Shown here piece by piece: positions 46,598 through 55,421 of a stretch of DNA of 55,421 bases (positions are counted from its first letter, which is position 1; each line of letters opens with the position of its first letter). The stretch spans positions 1 to 55,421 of the forward strand of contig JAYWGM010000004.1 of NCBI GenBank assembly GCA_043778225.1. Reading direction: 5' to 3'. Below the pieces are notes generated by a model that saw nothing but the letters and a program-made list of their open reading frames with translations, was not told where the DNA came from and made no database searches. The position numbers and the translations under genes are program-made. This stretch comes from Deinococcales bacterium (GTDB lineage: Bacteria; Deinococcota; Deinococci; Deinococcales; JAAFIG01).

Positions 46598-48070
46598 ATG
46601 CCTAATTCCCTCGAGCCAACGGCGATTATTATTTTTGGTGCGTCTGGCGATTTAACCAAACGCAAACTTCTGCCAGCCTTGTACCAATTGGTGCAAGATG
46701 GTCATGCTCCTGAACAGTTTTGTATTATTGGCGTGGCTCGCACAGTCATGAGCCAGCAAGAGTACCAAACTGTGGCTCGAGAAGCGCTTGAAAAAGCCTA
46801 TAAAGTACCACTTGATGAAGCGGCTTGGCAGCGTTTTGCGGACATGCTCGATTACCAGCCGCTTGACTTTACCAGTTTAGAGGCATTTATTGCCTTGCGT
46901 CACCGACTCGAGACTGCCAAAATTTATAATTGGTTGTTTTACTGCTCTGTGCCGCCCAGTGCTTTTCCGGGCATCACCAAACAGCTTGGCGAATCTGGCT
47001 TAAACAACCAAGAGGCTGGTTGTACCCGTGTGATTGTCGAGAAGCCATTTGGTACAAACCTCGAGACCGCAAAAACCCTCAATCTCGAGTTGCACAAAGT
47101 ATTTGGCGAAGACCAAATTTACCGCATTGACCATTTTTTGGGCAAAGAAACGGTGCAGAATATCTTGGCACTGCGTTTTGCCAACACGATTTTCGAGCCG
47201 CTTTGGAATCGTAATTATGTAGACCATATCCAGATTACGGTGTCCGAAGATTTGGGCATGGAAGGGCGCGGTGCGTTCTATGAAGAAGCTGGAATTTTGC
47301 GCGACATGATTCAGAATCACATTATGCAGCTTTTGTGTTTTATCGCCCTCGAGCCACCTGTCGGTCCGTGGCAAGGCAGTATTCATCCTCTGGAGGCTGG
47401 AGCGCTGCGCGACGAGAAAGCCAAGGTGATTCGAGCGCTGCGTCCAATCAGCACCGATTTTTTAGCGGATTCGATTGTGCTGGGGCAGTACCAAGCTGGC
47501 GTGATTAGCACCGAAAAAGTAATTGGGTATCTCGAGGAAGCTAAAGTCAGTCCAGACTCGAGAACCGCTACGTTTGCCGCCCTGAAGGTCGAAATTGACA
47601 ATTGGCGTTGGGCGGGTGTGCCGTTTTATTTACGCAGTGGCAAGCGTTTACCCGTCAAAAGCACCGAAATTGCGATTGTTTTTAAGCGCCCACCTTTAGA
47701 TTTATTCCCACAACCAAGCCAGCCCAATATGCTCAGAATCAATATCCAGCCCAATGAGGGCGTAACCTTATCATTTGACGCTAAAATGCCGGGGCTTACT
47801 GCCGATTTACGCCCAGTCAACATGGATTTTAACTACTCCGATTTTGGCTCGAGTGGACCAACCGCCTACGAGCGCCTGATTCTGGACGCAATGCACGGCG
47901 ATGCCAGTCTATTTCCTCGCGGCGATGAAGTCGAAGCGTCTTGGGCTTGGATTGCGCCGTTGCTCGAGTGTGATGTGCCGTTGCACCATTATTTGGCTGG
48001 AACTTGGGGACCCGAAGAAGCCGAGGCTTTAATGGCAACTGACCGCGCTTGGCATAAGCTAGGCACATGA
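46598..48070 (+). CDS. zwf: Glucose-6-phosphate 1-dehydrogenase
   Basis: FGASGDL, EKPFG, RIDHFLGKE and RWAGVPFYLRSGK motifs. Confidence 0.98.
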   Translation: MPNSLEPTAIIIFGASGDLTKRKLLPALYQLVQDGHAPEQFCIIGVARTVMSQQEYQTVAREALEKAYKVPLDEAAWQRFADMLDYQPLDFTSLEAFIALRHRLETAKIYNWLFYCSVPPSAFPGITKQLGESGLNNQEAGCTRVIVEKPFGTNLETAKTLNLELHKVFGEDQIYRIDHFLGKETVQNILALRFANTIFEPLWNRNYVDHIQITVSEDLGMEGRGAFYEEAGILRDMIQNHIMQLLCFIALEPPVGPWQGSIHPLEAGALRDEKAKVIRALRPISTDFLADSIVLGQYQAGVISTEKVIGYLEEAKVSPDSRTATFAALKVEIDNWRWAGVPFYLRSGKRLPVKSTEIAIVFKRPPLDLFPQPSQPNMLRINIQPNEGVTLSFDAKMPGLTADLRPVNMDFNYSDFGSSGPTAYERLILDAMHGDASLFPRGDEVEASWAWIAPLLECDVPLHHYLAGTWGPEEAEALMATDRAWHKLGT

Positions 48071-48729
48071 ACCAAATTGTTTTTGAAAGTCCAGAAGCCC
48101 TCGCGGTAGCCGCCGCCAAGTCGTTTCAAGACTTAGCACTCGAGGCAATTGCAACTCGAGGGAGGTTTAATGTGGCACTGGCTGGCGGCAGCACGCCCAA
48201 AATTATTTATGAACAACTTGCGTTGCTCGAGTTACCTTGGGATAAAATCCATCTTTTTTGGGGCGACGAGCGCGGTGTAGCGCCAAACGATCCAAACAGC
48301 AATTATGGCATGGTCAAAACCGCACTGCTCGAGAAAATCAGTATTCCTTACAGCAACATCCATCGTATCAAAACCGAACAAAACATATTTATTGCCCTAG
48401 GAGAATATAAACTTGAGGTCGAAGATATTCAATTTGACTTGGTTCACCTTGGGCTTGGCACAGATGGTCATACGGCTTCTGTATTCCCAGCCAGTAACCT
48501 CGAAGCGCAACAACCCGTACAAATTACATTTCCAACACCTGGACTCGAGCCTCCAGTGCAGCGCATCAGCCTGAGTTTAGCCAAAATTAACGCGGCTTTG
48601 GTCAAACAATTTTTTGTGACTGGGGACAGTAAACGCGAAATTCTAAAAGAAATCTCGAGCGGCGAGGATTACCCCGCCGCTCGAGTGAAAAATGCCCAGT
48701 GGTGGCTGGATAACGCCGCTAAACTTTAG
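48067..48729 (+). CDS. pgl: 6-phosphogluconolactonase
   Basis: LAGGSTP, FWGDER, SNY and LGLGTDGHTASVFP motifs. Confidence 0.95.
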   Translation: MNQIVFESPEALAVAAAKSFQDLALEAIATRGRFNVALAGGSTPKIIYEQLALLELPWDKIHLFWGDERGVAPNDPNSNYGMVKTALLEKISIPYSNIHRIKTEQNIFIALGEYKLEVEDIQFDLVHLGLGTDGHTASVFPASNLEAQQPVQITFPTPGLEPPVQRISLSLAKINAALVKQFFVTGDSKREILKEISSGEDYPAARVKNAQWWLDNAAKL

Positions 48730-51256
48730 CGATGGCTCGAGCTGCTTTTTTACGGTTCTCTTGCCAGTCCTTAAAGAAGACTGCCATTGGCGCAACAATG
48801 TAAATGCTCGAGTACGTACCAACGATAATACCGATGACCAGAATAAAGCTAAAGTCGCGCAGCACTGGTCCACCCAGAATCAGCAGGGCAACCAACGGTA
48901 ACATTGTTGCAATACTGGTCATTAAAGTTCTCGAGAGGGTCTGGTTGATGCTGGTGTTGACGATATGGGCATAAGACTGCCCACGCATCACTTTTAAGTT
49001 CTCGCGGATACGGTCAGAGACAATAATGCTGTCGTTTAAGCTGTAACCAATTAGGGTCAGCACAGCAGCGACGGTGGTAATGGTAAATTCACGCCCAAGC
49101 AGGGCGTACAATCCAAAGCAAATAAAGACATCGTGCAGCACTGCAAAAATACTGCCCAGACCAAGAACCCAGTCAAAACGCACCGCCACATAGACCATCG
49201 TTAAACCAAGCGCCACAATCACCGCCAAAATTGTTTTGGTGGTTAATTCATTACCCACAGCTGCGCCAACGGTTTCGATGGTGTCCACTTTTGCGCCACT
49301 TATTTTTGCGACCGCATCGGAAATAACTTTGACTTCGTTGGCAGCACCATTTGTGCCGTTTTCTAAAGTACGAGTCCGCACCGAAAAATCCTTTAAGGCT
49401 TCGCCCGGCGTGTTGCTCTCGACCACGACAATACCGCCTTCGGTCACGCCCTCGAGTCCAGCTTTACCAACCACGCTACGCATCTGCTCGGAAGTGGTGG
49501 TTAATGGCGCTTTAATCAGGAGGCTTGTACCGGCTGTAAAATCCACACCGAAAATAAAGCCTTTGGTGAGCATTGCCACTAAGCCAAGCATCGCAAGGAC
49601 AACACTGGCGGTGGTAATAAACTTGGTCAGGCTCATAAAATCAAATTTGGGCGTAGCGAACCAGTCAGGGGCTTTGAACTTAAAGCGTTCTGCCATGAGC
49701 TCGAGCAACCACTTACTAAAAAACAAGTTCGAGAAGGTACTGGCAATAATACCAACTGCTAATGTTACCGCAAAGCCTTTAACTGGTCCGGTTGCATAAT
49801 TGTACAGCGCGGCTGCCGAGATTAAATGCGAGAAATTCACATCGAAAATAGTCCAGAAGCTATTGCCGAAACCGCCTTTAATCGAAGATTTTAGGCTCAG
49901 ACCATCGCGCATTTCTTCTTTGACCCGCTCGAAAGAAATGACGTTGCCGTCCACCGCACTACCAATGGTTAGAACCAAGCCTGCAATGCCCGGTAGGGTT
50001 AGTACCGAACCAAGACCAGCCATCATGCCGAAAATTGCCAAGCCCGAGAACAACAAGCCAAGGGCTGCAACTGTTCCAAAGAATAAGCCGTAGTATCCGT
50101 AGACCAGCACAAAAATAGCACCAATACCAATTAAGGCAGCCGTTAAACCTTGACGAATCGCATCCGCGCCAAGGGTCGGACCAATAGCCCGTGTCTCGAC
50201 GATATTGACTGGAATTCGCAATGCACCCGAACGCAGAACTAGGGAAAGGTCGTTGGCTTCCTCGAGTGAGAAATTGCCCGTAATCTGACCTTGTGAACTA
50301 ATCACACCGTTAATTCTGGGCGCACTCTGGACTTTATCATCCAGCACAATTGCAAAGCGTTTACCTGTATTATTGCGGGTTGTCTCAGAAAAAATTGAAG
50401 CCCCTTTAGGAGTCAACTCAAACGATACCGTTGGCTGTCCAAATTGATCGAATTGGGTCGAGGCTCGAGAAATTGCTTCGCCTGTTAAAAGGGCTGGCTC
50501 GAGGTCTGACGGCAGTAAATCAGCATCATTTTTTTCTCCAGCTTCTGGTTTTAAGAGCTTAAACTCGAGTTTGGCGGTCTTACCAATCAGGGCAATCGCA
50601 CGGGTTTGGTCGGCTTGCGATAAGCCCGGTAATTCTACCACAATGCGCTTCGTCCCCTGAATCTGTACCAAAGGCTCGGCAACACCAGTCTGGTTGACAC
50701 GATTCTCGATGACATTGCGAACCTGATTTAAGTCCTCGGTGGTGAACCCTGAAACTTTACTGGTGTCCGCCTCGAGCAGCACCCGCAAACCACCACGCAA
50801 ATCCAAACCACGGCTAATTGGTTCGGGCGCTTCGGCTAAGTAGACCACTTTGGCATCCTTAATTTTACTTGGCAAGGTGCGTTCAAGGGCTTTCCAAATC
50901 GTGGTGGTAACAGGATTTTTCGCATCGGCGTTAATGACACTAAACGAAATACCGTTTGGTTCGATTTTGACCGACTCGAGCTTAGGCAATGCGCCAGTCT
51001 CACCGATTTTCTTGGTCAGTTCGGCGGCTGTAATCGGGGTTTTAGGCGTGACCGACAAAGACTCAGTACGTGGCGCGAATGGCTTCCATAAGGCAAAAAT
51101 GCTACCAATGACAATTGCCAGCATCAGTAAGCCAGTAATCATGTGTGAAGTAAAAAAAGACTCTTGTGGCAAATTCTTTTTATTGCGGTTGTTTTTGTCG
51201 GCTCGTTCTCGGGCTTCTCGAGCCAGATTTTGGGCGCTTCGGTTTTTCATACTCAT
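48719..51256 (-). CDS. secDF: Protein translocase subunit SecDF (fused)
   Basis: GLDLRGG, RIVVELPG, IGPTLG, TLPGIAG, GVDFTAG, GYSLNDSIIVSDRIREN and GTYSSIY motifs. Confidence 0.97.
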   Translation of the reverse strand: MSMKNRSAQNLAREARERADKNNRNKKNLPQESFFTSHMITGLLMLAIVIGSIFALWKPFAPRTESLSVTPKTPITAAELTKKIGETGALPKLESVKIEPNGISFSVINADAKNPVTTTIWKALERTLPSKIKDAKVVYLAEAPEPISRGLDLRGGLRVLLEADTSKVSGFTTEDLNQVRNVIENRVNQTGVAEPLVQIQGTKRIVVELPGLSQADQTRAIALIGKTAKLEFKLLKPEAGEKNDADLLPSDLEPALLTGEAISRASTQFDQFGQPTVSFELTPKGASIFSETTRNNTGKRFAIVLDDKVQSAPRINGVISSQGQITGNFSLEEANDLSLVLRSGALRIPVNIVETRAIGPTLGADAIRQGLTAALIGIGAIFVLVYGYYGLFFGTVAALGLLFSGLAIFGMMAGLGSVLTLPGIAGLVLTIGSAVDGNVISFERVKEEMRDGLSLKSSIKGGFGNSFWTIFDVNFSHLISAAALYNYATGPVKGFAVTLAVGIIASTFSNLFFSKWLLELMAERFKFKAPDWFATPKFDFMSLTKFITTASVVLAMLGLVAMLTKGFIFGVDFTAGTSLLIKAPLTTTSEQMRSVVGKAGLEGVTEGGIVVVESNTPGEALKDFSVRTRTLENGTNGAANEVKVISDAVAKISGAKVDTIETVGAAVGNELTTKTILAVIVALGLTMVYVAVRFDWVLGLGSIFAVLHDVFICFGLYALLGREFTITTVAAVLTLIGYSLNDSIIVSDRIRENLKVMRGQSYAHIVNTSINQTLSRTLMTSIATMLPLVALLILGGPVLRDFSFILVIGIIVGTYSSIYIVAPMAVFFKDWQENRKKAARAIAKV

Positions 51257-51350
51257 AAGTACATCCTTATCAATCAGGAGCTATTATGCTCTTGGTCGGT
51301 TTATAAATTTAGTTTCTTTTGTTGGGAAAAACACCATTGGGTAGGGGCAG

Positions 51351-51387
51351 GCGACCATGCCCGCGAGGTGCATCTTATGGTCAAGAA
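51351..51387 (-). mobile_element. Mini-element copy (37 bp, intergenic) inside a GTAG REP (51341-51403)
   Basis: Minus strand TTCTTGACCATAAGATGCACCTCGCGGGCATGGTCGC. Removing it restores GTAGGGGCAGACCCCCATATCTGCTC. Confidence 0.75.
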
Positions 51388-51444
51388 ACCCCCATATCTG
51401 CTCTGTAAGCCAAACCATCTGGTATTTTTCTAACTATAAAATCG

Positions 51445-51759
51445 TTATTCGTTCCATCTCGAGAAACGCGCCAGAAGATCATAACGTGGCGTTCCTGTAC
51501 TTGGAATCGGTAAGCTCGAAACCAGATAAAACACGGGTATTTCGAGCGATGCGGTTGTTTTTGGGGCGATGCCCATGTCCGAACTCGAGCTTTGGACTTG
51601 TAGTGCCACTCGGGCATTCTCGAGAACGGCTTGGTCTTGGGCTGGGCTAGATAGGCTCGAGGAGGTGTTACTTTTGGAACGTGGTAGGGCAAACATTCCA
51701 AATGCCCAAGGTTGTAGGGCAAGGAAAATCGCTAGGAGGCGAGCCAGAGAGTGCTGCAT
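51445..51759 (-). CDS. Small exported uORF protein upstream of secDF
   Basis: Signal-peptide-like N-terminus MQHSLARLLAIFLALQPWAFG, Ser/Pro-rich linker; same strand as secDF; TACAAT -10 upstream. Confidence 0.55.
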   Translation of the reverse strand: MQHSLARLLAIFLALQPWAFGMFALPRSKSNTSSSLSSPAQDQAVLENARVALQVQSSSSDMGIAPKTTASLEIPVFYLVSSLPIPSTGTPRYDLLARFSRWNE

Positions 51760-51833
51760 AAAACCCGTGGATTGTATCAGGTCTGGCGATATTTGGCGAG
51801 GATAGTCCCATGTATTGTGGAGTACACTATTTC

Positions 51834-53435
51834 ATGGACATCACCACAGATTGGATTCGGGATAATTTAATTGGGGCGAACTCGAGCATAGAAACCCCTT
51901 TTGGTACAAGGCGCTTGACCTACGCTGATTATATTGCTTCAGGTCGGGCGCTTGAATTTGTCGAAAACACACTGCGGCACAATGTCTTGCCCTTTTATGC
52001 CAACACCCACACTGAAGACAGCTTGACGGGTGGGCGCACCACCCACTTTGCCCACGAGGCTGGCGATTATATCAAGGCGCAACTGAATGCTTCCGAGTAT
52101 AAAATTGCTTTTTGTGGTTCTGGCAGCACGTCCGCAATTAAACGCATCCAAGAAATTCTGGGTTTAGCTGCGCCGAGTCAGCTTAAAGCACGATTGCTCG
52201 AGGTCATGCGCCCCGAAGAACGAACCGTGGTCTTTGTTGGTCCTTACGAGCATCATTCTAACGAGGTTTCTTGGCGCGAAAGCCTCGCCGAAGTGGTCGA
52301 GATTCCATTGTGTCCAAAAGGACTGATCGATTTAGATGCGCTTCGGGATGCCTTAAAAGACCCCAAGTACAAAGGTCGTCCTAAAATCGGAAGTTTTTCA
52401 GCAGCCAGCAATGTCACCGGTTTGATTTCCGATACACGCAGTATTGCCCGCCTTCTTCATGCCCAAGGTGCATATGCTTTTTTTGATTTTGCTGCCAGTG
52501 CGCCTTATGTCAAAATTGATATGCGCCCCAATTTGCCCGATGGCTACGATGCCGTTTTTATAAGCCCACACAAAATGATTGGTGGCATCGGCAGCCCCGG
52601 CATTCTGGTCTTTAACCCCAGCCTCTATAACCTTGCTACCCCAAGTACCGCCGGTGGTGGCACAGTCACCTATGTCTCGAGCAGCGACCATGATTTTACG
52701 CCAGACATCGAAGCTCGAGAAGACGCTGGTACACCAGCGATTCTGCAAAAAATGCGAGCTGCCCTTGGCTTTTGGGTCAAAGCCCAAATTGGCACAGACA
52801 AAATAGAAAAACTCGAGAAGCACTACATCAAAACCGCGATTGCCAGACTGCGCCAACATCCAAACCTCGAGATTCTGGGCAACCTCGAGATGCCGCGCCT
52901 AGCGGTGCTGTCTTTTTTGGTCAAAAGCGGCTCGAGTTATTTGCACCCGCGTTTTGTGGTGAAACTGCTGAACGACCTTTTTGGCATTCAGTCGCGTGGC
53001 GGCTGTGCCTGTGCTGGACCTTACGGACATCGGCTACTCGATATAGACACCGCCACATCCGAGGCATACCGCGCCAGTGTCGGGGCTGGATTTGAAGGCA
53101 TTAAACCTGGTTGGACACGCTTAAACTTTAACTACTTTATAGACCAGACTGAATTTGAATTCTTACTCGAGGCAATCGAATTTATCGCCACGTTTGGGCA
53201 GCGTTTTGTGACCTTATACGACTTTGACTGGAAAAGTGGCGCGTGGAAGCACAAGCAAGACTCGAGCCGCCAAGTATCGTTATTTGATTTTATTCCAGCC
53301 AGCCTTGAGACCGAACCTGCCAATTACCAAGCCTACCTCGAAGAAGCCAGAAAAATTGCAGCCAGTCTCGAGAATCCTGCTGACCGAGAAATTCCTGTTG
53401 GAGTGCCTCGAGAATTGGTGTTTTTTAGGCATTGA
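51834..53435 (+). CDS. Class V PLP-dependent aminotransferase / cysteine desulfurase-like protein
   Basis: YADYIASGR, YANTHTE, EHHSN, SAASNVTG, SPHK and RGGCACAGPYG motifs; TACACT-5nt-ATG. Confidence 0.9.
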   Translation: MDITTDWIRDNLIGANSSIETPFGTRRLTYADYIASGRALEFVENTLRHNVLPFYANTHTEDSLTGGRTTHFAHEAGDYIKAQLNASEYKIAFCGSGSTSAIKRIQEILGLAAPSQLKARLLEVMRPEERTVVFVGPYEHHSNEVSWRESLAEVVEIPLCPKGLIDLDALRDALKDPKYKGRPKIGSFSAASNVTGLISDTRSIARLLHAQGAYAFFDFAASAPYVKIDMRPNLPDGYDAVFISPHKMIGGIGSPGILVFNPSLYNLATPSTAGGGTVTYVSSSDHDFTPDIEAREDAGTPAILQKMRAALGFWVKAQIGTDKIEKLEKHYIKTAIARLRQHPNLEILGNLEMPRLAVLSFLVKSGSSYLHPRFVVKLLNDLFGIQSRGGCACAGPYGHRLLDIDTATSEAYRASVGAGFEGIKPGWTRLNFNYFIDQTEFEFLLEAIEFIATFGQRFVTLYDFDWKSGAWKHKQDSSRQVSLFDFIPASLETEPANYQAYLEEARKIAASLENPADREIPVGVPRELVFFRH

Positions 53436-53478
53436 TACAGTATTCTAAAAGCCATTCATATTTTCTTTTGGAGGTCTT

Positions 53479-54858
53479 ATGGCGTTACTGATTAAAAACG
53501 GCGAAATTGTCACAGCGGACTCGAGGTACTTCGCGGATATTTTTATTGAATCCGAAACGATTACGCGCATTGGCACAAAGCTCGAGGCAGATATAGGTAC
53601 AGAGGTAATAGATGCGACGGGCAAACTGATTTTCCCAGGTTTTATAGACCCACACGTCCATATTTACTTGCCATTCATGGCGACTTTTGCTAAAGACACG
53701 CACACCACGGGTAGCCAAGCCGCACTGGTGGGTGGCACAACCACCTTTATTGAAATGTGCTGCCCGAGCCGTAACGATGATGCACTCGAGGGCTATAAGC
53801 TCTGGAAGTCAAAAGCGGCTGGCTCGAGCGCTTGCGATTATACCTTTCATATGTCGGTCACAAAGTTTGACGAGCAAACCGAAGGTCAGCTTCGAGAAAT
53901 CGTGGCAGATGGCATCTCGAGTTTTAAGATTTTTTTATCGTACAAGAATTTCTTTGGTGTAGACGACAATGAAATGTACCAGACCATGATGCTGGCAAAA
54001 GAACTTGGCGTGATTGTAACTGCCCACTGCGAAAATGCCGAATTGGTTGGGCAACTACAACAGCACCTGCTGGCGCAGGGTAAAACAGGTGCCCAATGGC
54101 ACGAACCTAGCCGCCCAGAAAGTGTTGAGACCGAAGGCACAATGCGCTTTGCGACCTTCCTCGAGAATACGGGAGCAACTGGCTATGTGGTGCATCTGAG
54201 TTGTGCTGGCGCATTGGCACAAGCCGTGGCTGCCAAACAAAGGGGCGTACCAATTTACATTGAAAGCGTGATTCCGCATTTTTTACTCGATAAAACCTAT
54301 GCCGAGCGTGGCGGGGTCGAAGGTGCAAAGCACGTCATGTCACCGCCATTGCGCGACAAGCGCAACCAGAAAGTCTTGTGGGATGCCTTGGCACAGGGCT
54401 TAATAGATACTGTCGGCACAGACCACTGCCCGTTTGATGTTGCTCAAAAAGCCCAAGGCAGCGACAACTTTACTGCCATTCCCAACGGCATTCCAGCCAT
54501 CGAAGACCGCGTAAATTTGCTTTACACTTACGGCGTTTCTCGAGGCACACTGGACATTCACCGTTTTGTCGAAGCTGCCAGCACCAAAAGCGCTAAGTTG
54601 TTTGGATTATTTCCACAAAAAGGCTGTATTGCGGTGGGTTCAGATGCCGACCTGGTGATTTACGACCCGACTTACCGTGGCACAATTTCAGCCGCCACAC
54701 AAACCGTCAACAACGATTACAACGGTTTTGAGGGCATGGAAATAGATGGCAAACCCAGTGTCGTGACGGTGCGCGGAAAAGTCCAAGTACGGGACGGAAA
54801 ATTTGTTGGTGACTCGAGCCTAGGTAAGTTCTTGCAGCGTAAGCCACAGCATTTTTAG
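53479..54858 (+). CDS. hydA: Dihydropyrimidinase (D-hydantoinase)
   Basis: PGFIDPHVH, GGTTT, SSFK, AHCEN, SPPLR, TDHCPF and GSDADLVI motifs. Confidence 0.93.
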   Translation: MALLIKNGEIVTADSRYFADIFIESETITRIGTKLEADIGTEVIDATGKLIFPGFIDPHVHIYLPFMATFAKDTHTTGSQAALVGGTTTFIEMCCPSRNDDALEGYKLWKSKAAGSSACDYTFHMSVTKFDEQTEGQLREIVADGISSFKIFLSYKNFFGVDDNEMYQTMMLAKELGVIVTAHCENAELVGQLQQHLLAQGKTGAQWHEPSRPESVETEGTMRFATFLENTGATGYVVHLSCAGALAQAVAAKQRGVPIYIESVIPHFLLDKTYAERGGVEGAKHVMSPPLRDKRNQKVLWDALAQGLIDTVGTDHCPFDVAQKAQGSDNFTAIPNGIPAIEDRVNLLYTYGVSRGTLDIHRFVEAASTKSAKLFGLFPQKGCIAVGSDADLVIYDPTYRGTISAATQTVNNDYNGFEGMEIDGKPSVVTVRGKVQVRDGKFVGDSSLGKFLQRKPQHF

Positions 54859-54953
54859 AAATTTTAGATTCTCGAGGTTCTAATCTACTATTCTCGAGAA
54901 TCTAGTCTCGATAAATTATCCTTTTCTGGACAATAAAAATAGCGATAAAGTCG

Positions 54954-54992
54954 AAATTTGCAACTTGAGTGGTACACTCAAGTTGCAAATTT
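54954..54992. promoter_or_regulatory. Perfect 18-bp inverted repeat (operator or terminator)
   Basis: AAATTTGCAACTTGAGTG-GTA-CACTCAAGTTGCAAATTT followed by further Ts. Confidence 0.6.
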
Positions 54993-55154
54993 TTTTACAT
55001 TTCGTAAAAAATCTTTAGCCCATTCTGAGCAATACTAAGGCGACTGAATTTTTTTGCTAAACCAGATTCGGCATTTCGGTTACTTGGGGTAATTTGTTCT
55101 TTTGGAATCTCTAGCACTTGGCTTTTATTTCTCGCAATCTTCTGAGGTCTTGAT

Positions 55155-55319
55155 ATGAACAGGAATAACAAAAATTTTGGACGTATAGTGGCATTAACCC
55201 TATCGGCTTTGATAGTTGGTGTCAGTTGTAGTCAGTTACAAGCTCAACCCGTTCAACTTGGCAACCTGACATCAACGATTGATGTACCAGCCGTGACCAG
55301 TGATAAGAAGCTCGGATAA
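55155..55319 (+). CDS. 54-aa secreted or lipoprotein peptide (below the ORF-track cutoff)
   Basis: GAGG RBS; MNRNNKNFGRIVALTLSALIVGVSCSQLQAQPVQLGNLTSTIDVPAVTSDKKLG*. Confidence 0.5.
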   Translation: MNRNNKNFGRIVALTLSALIVGVSCSQLQAQPVQLGNLTSTIDVPAVTSDKKLG

Positions 55320-55336
55320 TCTGTTAAAATAGTTTA

Positions 55337-55421
55337 ATGGGTAGAGCAAAAATAAAACTCGAGCTACAACACACCGCCGAAGAACTCCAACAGCACTACC
55401 AAAAGGCGAGTAGTGCAGTAG
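55337..55421 (+). CDS. 5' end of a probable IS630-family transposase or HTH protein (truncated by the window edge)
   Basis: MGRAKIKLELQHTAEELQQHYQKASSAV... resembles IS630 N-termini; TAAAAT-6nt-ATG. Confidence 0.45.
   Translation, partial: MGRAKIKLELQHTAEELQQHYQKASSAV

Noticed and set aside
14063..51387. Mini-element copies as CRISPR repeats or integron attC sites
   Set aside because: They are dispersed, in both orientations and nested. There is no regular spacing, no RYYYAAC/GTTRRRY ends and no cassette organisation.

Overview
Chromosomal window (roughly 50% GC by eye) from a bacterium most consistent with Deinococcota. This is inferred from the many leaderless TANNNT-(5-7 nt)-ATG starts, the long coiled-coil FtsK, the K-rich HU N-terminus and the fused SecDF. 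Gene content is mostly housekeeping: the 5' end of tuf with tRNA-Thr(GGT), gluQ, queA, zapE, rpmI-rplT, a purine cluster (purF, fused purD-purM, purB, extended purN, fused purS-like/purL/purQ), HU, an M16 peptidase pair, a DeoR-regulated sugar ABC transporter, ftsK, gntK-gnd-zwf-pgl, secDF and hydA, plus small accessory genes (two TA modules, Uma2, WD40, a HExxH protein). The most unusual signals are non-genic. (1) A 37-40 bp hairpin mini-element, (T)TCTTGACC-N7/8-GCACCT-NN-CGGGC-..GGTCGC, occurs 5 times, always inside REP-like hairpins and once nested in itself. Its three copies inside purL are each exactly 39 bp (in frame), and an empty target site is present at 22212-22237. (2) The palindrome CTCGAG is extremely enriched, HIP1-style, in all reading frames (22 copies in the first 3 kb versus <1 expected). 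(3) A TA+HIT islet is bounded by a duplicated 3' end of the neighbouring gene. (4) A signal-peptide-bearing uORF upstream of secDF is a candidate secretion-monitoring arrest peptide. All calls come from reading the sequence; no database searches were run.
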